Shown here: in pieces, positions 22,691 through 36,544 of the stretch | How positions within the stretch are numbered: position 1 is the first letter of the stretch | Layout of the letters: each line of letters starts with the position of its first letter | Assembly (NCBI RefSeq): GCF_006345805.1 | Contig: NC_043011.1 | Coordinates: forward strand, 6,262,001-6,326,000 | Source: Octopus sinensis | Lineage: Eukaryota | DNA length: 64,000 nt | Direction of reading: 5' to 3' | Made by a program: the position numbers and the translations under genes | Notes under the pieces: model-generated | The model's input: only the letters and a program-made list of their open reading frames with translations | Databases searched by the model: none | Told to the model about the DNA's origin: nothing

Positions 22691-23749
22691 GGTGCAGTGT
22701 GACATGATGGTATGTGGTGTGGTTGTGTTGGGGTGTGGGAGGGTAAATCTCACTTGTTTCCTCTTAAAGTATATCTTGTTTTTCCCTTATTATAATCTAA
22801 CACATAGTTTCTGTTGCTGCTGTATATTAAAATTGAGAATTATGGGAATATTATTTGCAGATGTTATTGTAAAATGAAAAAAAAAACCGGAAAATGGATA
22901 TTTTTTGGTTTTATTTATTCTCCATTACACATGTTTCATTTGCTAATAGGAATTACAAAGTTGTACATAATGCCATTATGAGTACTCAATATGTGAGGCT
23001 GGCACATGAGGTCTTTATGTGGCACCAGCACAGGTGTCTCTAACGTGGCACTGGCACGAGTTCTTTTTACTTGGCATTGGCTGTAAATGGAGACATTACA
23101 TTATTAGAAATGTTCAGTTTTCTTCAGGTGAATATGAATCACAACATCCAAAAACATTTGAAACCTAACAGTGCAACTTCATAATTCTATGACCATTGCC
23201 TATATATAGGCACAGGGGTAACTGTGTGGTAAGAAACTTGCTTCCCATTGCACATGCATTGTTGTCAGTGTGCATATGCATTGTTATCCGCATTGTGCAT
23301 ATCACCAAAAGAAGCAACCAAACTGTGTACAGCTGGTGAAAAAAGAAGCTCAACTGTAAGGTAAGACTTTTGTTTTTTGGGTTCAGTGGGGGGTTTGTTG
23401 TTTGCTGTAATTATTTTTGCACAAGCAAGAAGTCCTCACTGGATTCTAAACCCTGGCCTGCCTGCAGTTGAGCAAAATAGTTCACGTTAAGTGTAAATTT
23501 TTTCTCACTTAATTGTGAGAATTCTGGCCTGGGGGCGTATCGCGCCTCCAAAAAATTTGTCCCCTTTTTGTGAATTTTAAAAATTAATTGTCAGAATTGC
23601 TGTTTTGAGGGAGTGTCTTGCCTCCGAAGATTGAACAACTTGTATACCAATTTTCGTGGAAGTTGTGTTCCAGTTGTGGTGTTCCGGGCTTGACCTTGGT
23701 CAAGAGTACCTAGTGGCTGGAAGATTGTTTTTTTTGCTGTGTTTTTGAA

Positions 23750-24150
23750 CTCTCTTTACTCATTTTACTCTTTTACTTGTTTCAGTCATTTGACTGTGGC
23801 CTTTAGTCAAGCAAATCAACCCCAGGACATATTCATTGTAAGCCTAGTACTTATTCTATTGGTCTCTTTTGCCGAACCACTAAGTTATGGGGACATAGAC
23901 ACACCAGCATTGGTTGCCAAGCGATGCTGGTGACACAAACACAGACACACAAACATACACACTCACATATATATACATATATATAGATATATATGATGGG
24001 CTTCTTTCAGTTTCCGTCTACCAAATCCACTCACAAGGCTTTGGCCAGCCCGAGGCTATAGTAGAAGACACTTGCCCAACGTTCCACGCAGTGGGACTGA
24101 ACCCCATGTGGTTGGTAAGCAAACTACTTACCACACAGCCACTCCTGCAC
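23750..24150 (-). mobile_element. Complete SINE family 2
   Basis: Tail module, microsatellite linker and head module in reverse orientation. Confidence 0.8.
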
Positions 24151-24164
24151 CTATTGACTTTCCT

Positions 24165-25662
24165 TCTTCTAAACTTTTTTTGACTTCCCCTTTTCATGAT
24201 TTGTTTTCTTTTTCTTCCTTCCATTTTATTGTGACTTTCTTTTGATTTCTTTCTTTTTGAGTTTTATTTTGAACTATTTCCGAACTGTTATTACAAAAAA
24301 GAAAAAAACATGGCATTGAAAAAGACAATGTTTTGGAGTGGGAAATTATACCACCCAAACACCACCGTCGTTGAAGAGCAGACGGTGGTGTTGAGGACTT
24401 ATTCCAAGTCGCTCGACACCATTGCCCTATTTGAAAAGACTGTAATTGAAAAGGAGTTGGCAGAGTATCTGCCAACTATTAAATTCATTTCCAGGAGGGT
24501 CAAATATGCAACAGTGTGATTGCTCCTTGACACCCCTGAAGATGCTTGTAAATTTGGGAGCCAGCCCTTAGAGGGCAAAGAAATTTTGTTTCTTTCCACG
24601 TATTGTAGGAAGAGGTTGGCAAAAGCTTGGGTCTGCAGGTTGCCACCCAGGATAAAACCTGAGTGGATAGAGACTATCCACTGGGGTCTGGGTGGTAGCA
24701 GAGCCGAGCTCCTTAATGTGAAAGTTTTTCCTGTGGCTGATTGGGTTGGGTCAAAAGCTGTTTTGACCCTGTGGACCCAATCAGCCAATCTGGTTTTCCC
24801 AGATTTATTGAAAATGGCCAGGTGCAGGTACCTGGTGATTCTTGAGGGTTGCTCCCTGCCAGGTGTCATCAGTGCCTGCCGCCTGGCCATATAAAGAAAA
24901 ACTGTCCCCAGGACCAGAATAGGGTCCTGGATCAGTTGGTTGTAGAAGAGCCCCCACCTCCTCCACTGGAAGGAGAGATAGAGGTAGGTGAGGAGGAGAG
25001 ATCTCCCGCCAGAAAAAAATGGAGAAAAAGGAAGAAGGGGAGCAACAATGTTGCTCACCAAAGGATCCTAGAGTGGTGGTAGGAGGCGATGTTCCTCTGG
25101 TTGAGGCAAAGGAGCCAACCCCCTCCCGTGCCAAAGATAAAAAAGAAAAAACAAAAAAGAAAAATGGGACGGTGCCAGCAGTTTGCAATGCTCTGCTGGC
25201 ATGTCCAGAAACCTCGTCGGTGGAAATTGTGCCACTGGCGGAGGAGGCTGTGGCCCCTCCCAGGGAAAATAATGAAGAATATGTGGTCTTCTATCTCAAG
25301 GGAGGTGCTGTAGAGAACTTTGTGGATAGTTTGGAAGGTCGGGAACGGGTGGTCCCGACCTGCATGGATAGTCCATACAGGCCTCCACATGTGGCTGCGG
25401 AGGTCATGGATGAGAGTAATTTTTATTAAATAATTGATTACTTTTCTAAGGAAGAGTACAACTATCTTTTCTGGGTCCCGGACTTGCTGCTGCGGGATTG
25501 CCTGAAGGCAGCAAGAGATTTAATTGGGGGATGATTGATAAGAGGCTTAGCACCTCAATTTAATGTTTCGGTTATTATTATGAAATCTAATGTTACTGTA
25601 AGAGGTTCATTACTTCATTTGTGTTTTTTGTTTTTCCCCCCAAAAATAAAAATAAAAAAAAA
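24165..25662 (+). mobile_element. ORF1-only non-LTR retroelement (HAL1-like)
   Basis: T-rich 5' leader, gag-like ORF1, about 230-bp 3' UTR ending in AAAAATAAAAATAAAAAAAAA; no ORF2 follows. Confidence 0.55.
24310..25429 (+). pseudogene. L1/Tx1-type ORF1 (gag-like) with CCHC zinc knuckle; in-frame TGA at 24517-24519 and frameshifts
   Basis: RCHQCLPPGHIKKNCP = C-x2-C-x4-H-x4-C preceded by VILEG, followed by a Pro/Glu/Lys-rich tail. Confidence 0.7.
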
Positions 25663-25699
25663 GCCAAGGATCGGCAGGTGTCTTTTGTCTTCTCCCATT

Positions 25700-25937
25700 A
25701 ATACCCATTTCTTTATTGCCCACAAGGGGCTACACACAGAAGGGACAAACAAGGACAGACAAAAGGATTAAGTCGAATACATCGACCCCAGTGCGTAACT
25801 GGTACTTAATTTATCGACCCTGAAAGGATGAAAGGCAAAGTCGACCTCGGCGGAATTTGAACTCAGAACGTGACGGCAGACGAAATACGGTTACGCATTT
25901 CTCCCGGCGTGCTAACATTTCTGCCAGCTCGCCGCCT
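25700..25937 (-). mobile_element. SINE family 1
   Basis: Near-identical to 33-232. Confidence 0.85.
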
Positions 25938-26195
25938 TAATACCATCTTTTTCATCACTCATCTCATCAATGTCATCAATGTCTTTGTCCAACCTGCAAG
26001 CTTCTGTGCAATGCCTTTATGGCAAAATTTTGAAATAAAGAAGCTTGCTTCCCAACCTAGCTATAGGCATTTGTATAAATCAGGGGTCCCAGAACTCTTT
26101 AGCCAGCAACCCCTTCATGGAATCCTTGACCTCTCATCAACCCCCAGGTCTGTACAAGAAAATAAATAAATAAAAATTGTAATCAAGTATATGTG

Positions 26196-26405
26196 TAAGG
26201 CGGCGATCTGGCAGAACCGTTAGCATGCTGGGTGAAATGCTTAGCAGTATTTCGTCTGCTGTTACGTTCTGAGTTCAAATTCCGCCGAGGTCGACTTTGC
26301 TTTTCATCCTTTCGGATGTAATCTACTTAATCTGGGGTCGATGTAATCTACTTAATCTGTTTGTCTGTCCTCTCTGTGTTTAGCTCCTTGTGGGTAGTAA
26401 AGAAA
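26196..26405 (+). mobile_element. SINE family 1
   Basis: GGCGGCGATCTGGCAGAACCGTTAGC...GTTCAAATTCCGCCGAGG...AAAGAAATA. Confidence 0.85.
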
Positions 26406-27229
26406 TATATATGTGCAGTTTTCAGGCATTTTCCGATCCCTGGAATAGTCCCATCGACCACTTTGGTGATTCCTGGCATAGATTATTACATCACCGACTT
26501 AAGTTTTCTCAAAACTTCCTGAAAAGAGCATATTTTCTGCAGAAATCTTGTAGGGGTACATTTTCGTGGGTGAAGATTATAAAATCCAGAGAAAATCTTT
26601 TGTAAGAGTTTTTGGATAATTTTCCCCTCCCCACACTCATTCTAACTTTGTAACGACTCATTTCAGAAATTCTAGCGATTTTCCCTTTTTTTTTTTAAGA
26701 GTTGCGGTTCAAACATCGCTACATAATCTAGATTCTTGAAAACATATTTGTGCAAAATGTCATTTAAATATATATACATTTTAAAGGGATTTATGAGTCG
26801 GGTGGGGTAGAAACGACCCGAAAGTCCTTAGAAGAAAGCATTAAAAAAAAAAAATCAGCATAATCGGGCTGCAAAATTTCATTATTCAAAAACTTTCAAG
26901 GAAAGAAAGTCAATGGTGGTACCGATCTGTAGCTCGGCGAGCGCGCGTATACAGGGAATTTAGGTTACAAATAAGGAAAAAGATGTCCCCACCACTTGTC
27001 TCTTAAAGATATCCAGGACTATATTGTGTCCCTTTTTTTTAATGAAAACGGAAAGGTGTGATTTGAGAGAGATTTGGCTGCTATATCTAGCAGACCGCAT
27101 AGCGTCTCTCAAAAACAATAAGGAAAATTTTCACCTGATTGTAAATTATTTGTACAAAAGACACAGTTTAACATACGAAACCTGTTTCTCGGTTACACAA
27201 CAACCACTTTCTTTCATTCAGGGTCTTCC

Positions 27230-28090
27230 TACCGTTACCCTCCTTTCTCTCCATCTCTCTTCATCTCTCCTCACTTATTCTAACTCCCTATATATCGAAT
27301 TCTTTCATGCATATCCCATGCTCTTTCTATTACTCCCATTTCACTTACTCCTCTCTCTATATTTTGCTTTTTTTCTCCCTCTTACTCACTCACTCTATCT
27401 ATCCTTGTCTTTCACTCATTCCCTCCCATCCTTTCTATACTTTTTTATATCCGCCACATTTACGTACTCCCTCTCTACTTTTTATTACTCTACTTCTTTC
27501 ACTCCGTTTTATCTTTTTTTTTTACTCACTCCCTATTTACAATTCTCTATTTCTTCCACTTTCACTCCCTCTCTCCAGATTACCATTTTATTTCTTCCCT
27601 TCGCTCGTTCTCAAAGTTGACTACTCTTCGTCTTTCATTCACTCCCTCTCTACCGCTTTCACTTACTCCGTCTGTATATTTTACTATATCAACCTTTTCT
27701 CCTCATTTCCCATTCATAAGTTCAGTCTATTCCCCTCTTACTCTCACTCCCTTTCCACACTTCACTCAATGCACCTCCTCCCCTCACTTCTTTCTACAGT
27801 TTACGCTTTCGTCGCTTTCCGTCACTTCCTTTCTACTCTATTACTTTATCTCTCTTTCCCCACTGACGTCCTTTCTACATTCTTACTCTATCCACTTCTT
27901 ACCTTCACTTTCTCCCGTCATTCTGTCTCCCTCCTCCGTCTCACTTCCTCTCTATACTATTACTCTAGCTCTCTCTTTTGCCATCGTGCATCATCACACA
28001 CCCAATATTTTGCCAGAACCATCAGGACGCTTCCTTTCACTACAAGTCGGCAGTTAATATTTTGTTTTGCTTTTTCCCCTTTTCATTTCC
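27230..28090. repeat. Pyrimidine-rich low-complexity tract
   Basis: Strong C/T skew with recurring TTCACTCCCTCTCT-like words; the ORFs here are compositional artefacts. Confidence 0.8.
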
Positions 28091-28304
28091 TCCGAAGAAA
28101 GAAAAAAAAAAGAAAGGTGTAAAATAAGGTTAGTAGCTTTCTCATTTACACTCATTATATCTTTAGTCGTATTAACCATAATTATAATTATGGCCCGACC
28201 AACCTAAGTTTTTTTTTGTTTGCTTTTAATTATCCACTCACGTTTCTTTAACATTTTCAACTTTGGAAAGTCACCTACCTGCCTTCTTTGCTTTTTGTCT
28301 ATCC

Positions 28305-28307
<3 letters not shown>

Positions 28308-28383
<76 letters not shown>

Positions 28384-28412
28384 CATCGATCTATCTATCT
28401 ATCTATCTATCC

Positions 28413-28447
<35 letters not shown>

Positions 28448-28448
28448 C

Positions 28449-28499
<51 letters not shown>

Positions 28500-28532
28500 C
28501 ATCGATCTATCTATCTATCTATCTATCTATCC
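28308..28532. repeat. (TCTA)n / GATA tetranucleotide satellite with TCCA and TCGA interruptions
   Basis: Directly visible, roughly 55 units. Confidence 0.97.
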
Positions 28533-29871
28533 ACAACACATTTATGTAATCATTTCCATTCTTACGCAGCACCTATCTCTGTCTGTCCATCCATCCACCC
28601 GTCTGTCTGCCTCTTTATTTATACGTCTGTCTCTATCCATCTCTCTAGTTATCTAAATTACAGACGAATTTAACAGCCGCCCAGATCAATATTATTGTTT
28701 GGTTCATTCCTCGGCAAATTAACCTCAAAGATAGGGAACGAAACCAAACCCGAACCAACAACATTAACCTACCACCTTCACACACCATTTCGGCCGGTTC
28801 CTTCTGTGTCTTTTATTCTCCCGGTTACACAATTAATTCCAATTAAACTAATCAAACCAAACTTGTCAACAGACAGCAACACACATGCTGAACAGAATAT
28901 ATTTAGAAGGCATCTTTAAAAAACACAACATCGACATTTTTCCAGAAAGGATTAATGTGAAAACCAACAAAGGCCGTGCTTGTTAAATCGACAAGAAACG
29001 ATTAAGCCTTGTTGTCTATCTCTGTGAGTATTATAAATATATCATCATTATTATCAATGTTTCTTCCTCGTTGCTTTAAAAATATTTATTTTGTTCCTTG
29101 TTATTTCTTTTTTTCTTTTGAGAGCAAAAAGAAAAGGGGGCAATTATCAATGGTTCACAAGTATTTTAGGGGTTCTAACACGATAAATTGTTATTTACAT
29201 CTTGTCTGGGGTACGTGTTCACATATTTTACAAAATGATGGGTGTATCTAATAATTGTCTACAGGCCTTACGGATCTGGCTAACCATATTATACCTACTT
29301 ATGTATATGTGAAGCTATATACATGCATACATGTCTTCATATATACCTACCTTTCTACAAAAGCCTCCTATTCTACACCTACCAATCAATGTATACCTTG
29401 CTATCGACATACACACACGCACCTACCTCTCTCTACAAATTGGTATACTTAACTTTATATACACCTATCTCTATATTTTGCTATCTACACACATAGCTTT
29501 ATATACAATCTATATATTGTATCTACACACACATATATTTACCTAGCTATCTACACTCTTATATCGATATATCCAGCTTTATACACACATTATCTATATG
29601 CCTAGCTTTCTACACACATACACATATATATATCTCTATACCTAGCTATTTACATGTATACCCACTATACTTCGAGCTATTCACATGTCTATATTTCTGC
29701 CTAAATCCATTCATTTATGTCTATAAATTTTTTATAAACCTACCTATCTATATAACTAGCTTTTTATACGCGTGCCTATCGATATAATTATCTACCAACA
29801 CACACACACATATGTAGATGTACTTGCATAGCAAGTGATTTGATCTGAGATCGTGTGCTGGAACGAAAACA

Positions 29872-29914
<43 letters not shown>

Positions 29915-31108
29915 AACTATATTCATAGTTATCTACACTCCCATACAAACCTACAAAACTATACGCCTACCTGTCTTTATATCTAGCTTTCTACATACAC
30001 ACACACACACACCCTTTTGGTACATACTTGTACCCATGTATACTCATGTACATATGTATGTATGTTTCTACACACGTGCATCTATGTATATACATATCTA
30101 CACACATGTATGTACATACATACTTATATACCCACCTTTGTATCTCTGTATATACCTATCTGTGTGTGTATATATATATTTGTATGTATATGTGTATATA
30201 AATACATATTTACACATATATGTGCTTATTTGCTAATATCTGTTTATGTCAGGGTCCCCAATGTAGAAAATGTAGACATAGTGATAACAAATTCTATACC
30301 CTAGTCCTCTTTTATTTTCTACATACTACTTCAAAGAATGGACTACTGCTGGCCAAGTGGTACAATTAGTCAATACGATTGAACTGCACATGTTTGGTTG
30401 CTGGAGTTTGTAAAAAAAAAAAAGCACAGGTTTGAATGATTCAACTCATACAGAGAAAACTAAGAACTTCCAGCTACAGTATTAACACATAAAGCACGAT
30501 GGGCCATGATTGTGGCCATCAGATACAGGTCGACAGGCCACGATTGTGGCCCAGATAGATGCATTTAATTTATGGGCCTCTGTTGGGGGTCTAATGTCAC
30601 TGAAATGCTCCAGTACCCACCCCAGAATGCAAGAGGAGTAATAGGTCAACTAATGACTTTTCAGATGATGTGAAACTTGCTACCATTATTTACTAAGAAG
30701 ATATTTAAACTGTTTTTTTGTGTGTGCATGGTAGTCTCCTTTTCATAAAATGTACTCAGCAGTCCATGCGATGTAAGTACAAATCCCAGCACTTTATTAT
30801 TAACAAGGGGGAGTTAACTATATTGTAGAAGTGTTATCTTTTATCTTATTTCACTCATTGGACTGCAGCCATTTTGGGTCACTAATCTTGAAGAGTTTAA
30901 TTGGACAAATCAACTTCAGTACTGAGATTTTAAAGTTTGCTACTTATTTTATTAGCCTCTATTGCCAAACTGCTAAGCTATCGTAATGCACACAAACCAC
31001 CTCCAATTTTCAAGTAGTGGTAGGCACAAAAACACACCCGCTCACACACATACATGTATACGATGGACTGCCACACAGTTCTCATCTACCAAATTTACTC
31101 TCAAGGTA

Positions 31109-32399
31109 CGAGGGACGTTCAATAAGTAATGCCTCTGACCTACTTGCAGTTGTTTGATCTAGCTGAAATTTTGCATGTGCAATTATTTATATCTCTATAG
31201 ATTAAGTGGCAAATTACAGCTCTGAAATAATTGTGGTTTCTGATTTACACGTGTTTGAACTGAGTCAAGTGTGAAATGGAGCCTGTTGAGTGGCGAGCAG
31301 TGATCCGGTTTTTGTATTTGAAAGGACGCACACCACGGGAGACTTTTGATGAAATGAAAGTAACTTATGGTGATGATGCCCCATCATATGACCTTGTAAA
31401 ATGCTGGCATAGTGAATTCAAACATGGTCGGAACTCTGTGGAAACAGCTCCCAGATCTGGTCACCCCCTTCTGCCATTGATGAGGCATCTGTCCGTCAAG
31501 TTGAGGCTACCATTTTGGAAGATCGACGCATAACTATTCGCCAAATAGCCCATGAGGTCAAGATTAATACCGGGTCTGTAGAAACTATCATTCATGACCA
31601 TCTGCATATGCAAAAGGTCTCTGCCAGATGGATTCCCAGGTTGTTCACACCTTTCCAGAAGCAAGAACGCGTCGAGTGCTTGAAGATGAATTTGGAGATG
31701 TGCCAAGAAGATGAGTCAAAATTTTTCAAAAGTCTGATTACACAGGATGAAACCTGGGTCCATCACTATGATCCAGAGACCAAAGCCCAGTCAATGCAGT
31801 GGAAGCACCGTGACTCACCTCCTCCAAAGAAGGCAAGGGTGCAGCCCTCTGCTGGTAAGGTCATGCTCACAGTCTTCTGGGACCAGGACGGAGTAGTGAT
31901 GACAGATTTCCTGGCAAAGGTTACCACAATTACAGGAGCCTATTATACTTCACTTTTGAGGAAATTAAGAGAAGCTATCAAAATCAAGAGGCGGGGCAAG
32001 ATCAACAAAGGCATCCTCCTGCTGCAGGACAACGCTCCGGTCCACAACTCGCGTGTCACCAGATCAGAAGCACAGGCATGCGGCTATGAACTCCTCCCCC
32101 ATCTCCCTACTCTCCTGACTTTGCACCCTCTGATTTTCACCTCTTCCCAGCCATGAAGTTGTTTTTGAAAGGAAAGCGTTTCCCAGATGATGCAGCCTTG
32201 ATTTCTGAAGTCATGTCGTGGTTGGAGGACCAAGCTGGGGTCTTCTACAAAAACGGTCTCCAGAGCTGCATCAAACGATGGGAGAAATGCGTAACTCTGG
32301 GTGGTTTTTATGTAGAAAAAGACTAATAACTGTGCCAAATTTCGTTGCTCTACTGCTATGGGAAGTGGGTCAGGAGCATTACTTATTGAACGCCCCTCG
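31109..32399 (+). mobile_element. Complete mariner (DD34D) DNA transposon
   Basis: TIRs CGAGGGACGTTCAATAAGTAATGC and GCATTACTTATTGAACGCCCCTCG (1 mismatch in 24); TA TSD at 31107-31108 and 32400-32401; splits a SINE-2. Confidence 0.95.
31276..32326 (+). pseudogene. Mariner transposase with two frameshifts (near 31470 and 32105)
   Basis: RAVIRFLY HTH start, WIPRL, ITQDETWVHHY, QDNAPVH, YSPDFAPSDFHLF, RWEKCV. Confidence 0.93.
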
Positions 32400-33099
32400 T
32401 ATTGGTCATTTCAAGACTGTAGTAGAAGACACTCATGGTGTCACTCAGTGCGATGGAGCCTGAAGCCACATGGCTGGAAAGTAAGCTTCTAAACCACACA
32501 GCCTCGCCTGTTATGTATATATTTTTAAAATAAAAATATCGTGTACATTAGAACACATTTAGAGGCTTCCAAATAGGAAAGCCTTGTGCTAGAAAGACCA
32601 GTAGAAAACTCAAACCACTAATTATGGATAAATTCTCGAAAAGATTGAAAATAATATATAGTCTATTGACTATTTTTTTGTGCTAGGCCACTGGTAATAA
32701 TAATTTCTATAATTCTTATTACCTTAATATTATTTATGTTTAAATATTTTTAAAATAAGGTATTTTGTTCTTGTCCCCTTAATAGCATGATGGGAAAATA
32801 TTATTGAGGTAAATGAAAGGAAACTCAACATACTTTGTAAAGAACCATATTTAATGGTATATAAGACATACCTTTCCCCTCCAGTCCAAATCTCTTTGGG
32901 TTTTGTATGTGAAGTTGAGCCTACATACTTCAAAGTACTTGGAACTTTTATCATGAATATGCTCTTCTGAAATTAAGGTGCATCTTTTATGCCATCAAAT
33001 AAGGTTAATAGAAATATGTCATAGTATTGACTCGGCCATCAGATGCTGTTATACATCACTGGTCACAATACACTTCCAATTTTGTCTTGATTGTGCAAT

Positions 33100-33310
33100 T
33101 CTTTTCAATCTTGACACAAATTATTTAACTAAATCTTCTTCCCATTGTCATGGAGGGGGGTGGCTTCCAAGTGCCCTTTTAGATATCTCTTGGATACTGC
33201 CCAGTTACTGCACAAGTCTACCTGTTGTCTGTGAACTTTGCAACATGTCTTGCCCAATGAAACTTGTGCTTTTGACACTCTGCTTCGTTCTCAAATTATC
33301 TTATTTCATA
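33100..33310 (-). pseudogene. Old RTE-type ORF2 C-terminal relic of a different lineage
   Basis: Minus frame reads KFHWARHVAKFTDNR*TCAVTGQYPRD, resembling the WAGHVAR..DNRWT..VT.WYPR motif. Confidence 0.55.
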
Positions 33311-34029
33311 TTGCTTTTAACAATATGAAATGGACCCAGTACATGACTTAGTTGATTACATTGGATCCAGTGCATGACTGGTACTTTATTATTTCTTTTT
33401 TTTTTGTTTTTAACTTACTGAGTTTCAAGGAAAAAGTAATGCTTACAATCCTTGCAGACTCTTCAAGACTGGTGAGGTTGTTGCCATTAATGTTCCCGTT
33501 AAACTGTTACAGAGGGCCAATGTTAGGGGGAGGGGAAGGCTGGACAGGACACACTGGTTAAAGCTGGAGATGGGTTTGAGGTTAGATGTAGTAATAAAGG
33601 AGTTGAGAGGTGAAGGGGTTGGGGTGTATCATTGATGTGTGTGTGTGTGTGTAATATTGTTTGTTATTTGACTGTGTTGGGGCATTTCCTTGAAGGGTTT
33701 TAGTTGAACAAATTGACCCCGTATCTTATTTTCTTTTGTTAAGTCTGGCACCGATTCCATTAGTCCCTTATGCCAAACTGCTAAGTTACAGGGACATAAA
33801 TGAACCAACACTGATTGTCAAGTAGACAAACACAAACACATAGATACATGCACTTATGATGGGCTGCATTCAGTTTCCATCTATCAAATCCATTTTCTGG
33901 GCTTTGGTTGGCTCCAGGGCTAAAGTGCCATGCAGGGGAACTGAACCTGGAACCATGTGGTTGAGGAGCCAATTTCTTACCATACAGCCATATATCTATA
34001 ATATAAATTGGACATGGGTGATCTTTGTA

Positions 34030-34410
34030 TTCAATCTTGTCTTGAGGTTCACAGCCAAACGGCTAGATGGATTTGCGTGAAAAATGGCACATATGTGCAG
34101 ACGGGTGCATAGTTTGGAATGCAGTTTGTATTTTTTTGCTACCCCCCCCCATACTTACCGAGAAAATCGATTAAAACTTTTTCAAATAGAATTTTCCTCT
34201 TTCTTCTGCCATTGAAACAACCAGTTGCATAGAAGCTGTTTTCTGACGGGGTGGGGTCAAGAAATGTTCACATAGCTGGAGGCTCCAATCGAAACAGGGG
34301 ACCTGAAATGATAAGGTTGACAAACGCTGTTATAGATTATGCCTAACCGAAAATGGTCAAAGCTACATCATCCAAACAGACCGGGTGAAACCGGGCTTAG
34401 CTGCTAGTCT
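34030..34410 (-). mobile_element. Non-autonomous Helitron/Helentron-like element
   Basis: Reverse complement starts ACTAGCAGCTAAGCCCGGTTTCACCCGG next to (TA)n and ends AAATCCATCTAGCCGTTTGGCTG. Confidence 0.55.
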
Positions 34411-35099
34411 ATATATATATATATATATATATAGATATATATATATATATATATATATCTGTTGAGCTCTGTGGGGAACAGATCATTTTAATAGATATTT
34501 CCTCCTGCTTAGTTACATCTGGCATTACTTCAAAGAATACTTGGATAAAAAGTTGCTTAGTTCATCATCATGATCATCATAACTGTATCATCTGTTGTCT
34601 ATTCCCACCCTCCCTTCTCACCTGTGTAGGTGGAGTCTGCCTCACAGCATCAGTTCATGGGCCTTGACTCAGGTGCATCTGTTAAATACCTAAATGTTCT
34701 TAAATTTTCTGGAACTTGCCTCTACCCTTAATGAACTGTAATAACCGTTCTGACTTCCTGAATATGAGCAATTGAAGCCTTAAAAGAAATTCAATGGCTT
34801 TATCTCTCCACTGTTGCCCATCCTTGGTCTTTTGTTCCATGTTTAGGCCCAAATAAGAAAAATATCTCAGAATTCACAAACATACGTTGTCCAAGAATTG
34901 TTATGCTTCAAGCTATATGAATGTATATCTTCTTTATTTTTTATAATTTTTACTTTTTCACTCAGTAGACTGTGGCCATGCTGGGGCACTGCAATTGAAG
35001 AATTTTAGTCAAAGGCACCAACGACCCCAGTACTTATTTTTTTAAAAGTCTGGTGCTTGACCTATTGGTCTCTAAATTTTTCAAACTGTTCTGTTCAGG

Positions 35100-35515
35100 T
35101 ATTACTCTTTACTCTTTTACTTGTTTCAGTCATTTGACTGTGGCCATGCTGGAACATGCCTTTAGTCGAGCAAATTGACCCCGGGACTTATTCTTTGTAA
35201 GCCCAGTACTTATTCTATCGGTCTCTTTTGCTGAACCGCTAAGTGACGGGGACGTAAACACACCAGCATCGGTTGTCAAGCAATGCTAGGGGGACAAATA
35301 CAGACACACAAACACACACACATACATATATATATATACACATACATATATACGACAGGCTTCTTTCAGTTTCCGTCTACCAAATCCACTCACAAGGCAT
35401 TGGTTGGCCTGAGGCTATAGCAGAAGACACTTGCCCAAGATGCCACGCAGTGGGACTGAACCCGGAACCATGTGGTTGGTTAGCAAGCTACTTACCACAC
35501 AGCCAATGTAAACAC
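35100..35515 (-). mobile_element. Complete SINE family 2 (a second head follows at about 35520-35705)
   Basis: Both modules plus CA/TA linker. Confidence 0.85.
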
Positions 35516-36311
35516 ATCAGCACTGGTTGTGAAGCAGTGGTGGGGGATAAACACTCACTTATATACAATGGTATTCATTCAGTTTCCATCTATGAAATCC
35601 AACTCGCAAGGCCTGAGACTACAGCAGACACTTTCCCAAGGTGCCACACAGTGGACTGAACCCAGAACCATGTGGTTGGAAAGCAAGCTTCTTATCACAC
35701 AGTCATGTCTCAAATATCTTGGAGAATAACAATTCACGAAGGGTCTTTGTTTGTGAATTTCAAGACTTATTTAAAGAATAAATATTTGCCATACACGAAA
35801 CTCTCAGCCCCCGAGTCACTTTGATGACATTTGCTGATTAAAAATAATAATTCTATTATATGCACAAGGCCAGCAATTGTTAGTGAGTGGAGCTAAGTTG
35901 ATTACATTGGACCCAGTACGTGACTAGTACTTTATTCTATGGATCCCAAAAGGATGAAAGGTAAAGTCCACCTTGGTGGTATTTCAACTGAGAATGTAAA
36001 GAGCTGTGAGAAATGCTGTTAAGCATTTTACCTGACTCTAATGATTCTGCCAGCTTGCCACCGTAATAATCTTTTGTTGGGGGAAGGTGTTGTCAGTTTC
36101 ACTGACCCCCCCCCCCCGTGCTTCATTGGTATTCGTTTCATCAACTCCGGGAAGGGAATGTTGACCCCTAGCGGTGTCCAGCACACTAACAATTCTGCCA
36201 GCTCACAGCTTAATCATTATCTTAATAATAAAAGTACTACACACCCATGCACAGGGGGTGGCTGTGTGGTAAGGAAGCTTGCTTCCCAACCTCGTGGTTC
36301 TGGGTTCAGTC

Positions 36312-36544
36312 GGCGGCGGGAGCTGGCAGAAACGTTAGCACGCCAGACGGAATGCTTAGCGGTATTTCGTCTGTCTTTACGTTCTGAGTTCAAATTCCGC
36401 CGAGGTTGACTTTGCCTTTCATCCTTTCGGGGTCGATTAAATAAGTACCAGTTACGCACTGGGGTCGATATAATCAACTTAATCCATTTGTCTGTCCTTG
36501 TTTATCCCCTCTGTGTTTAGCCCCTTGTGGGTAGTAAAGAAATA
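36312..36544 (+). mobile_element. SINE family 1 nested in a SINE family 2 (36250-36660) with a 16-bp TSD
   Basis: GGTTCTGGGTTCAGTC at 36296-36311 and 36545-36560. Confidence 0.92.

Noticed and set aside
30500-30555. Paired GGCCA(T/C)GATTGTGGCC motifs
   Set aside because: Two short copies with no context; could be chance or a tiny duplication
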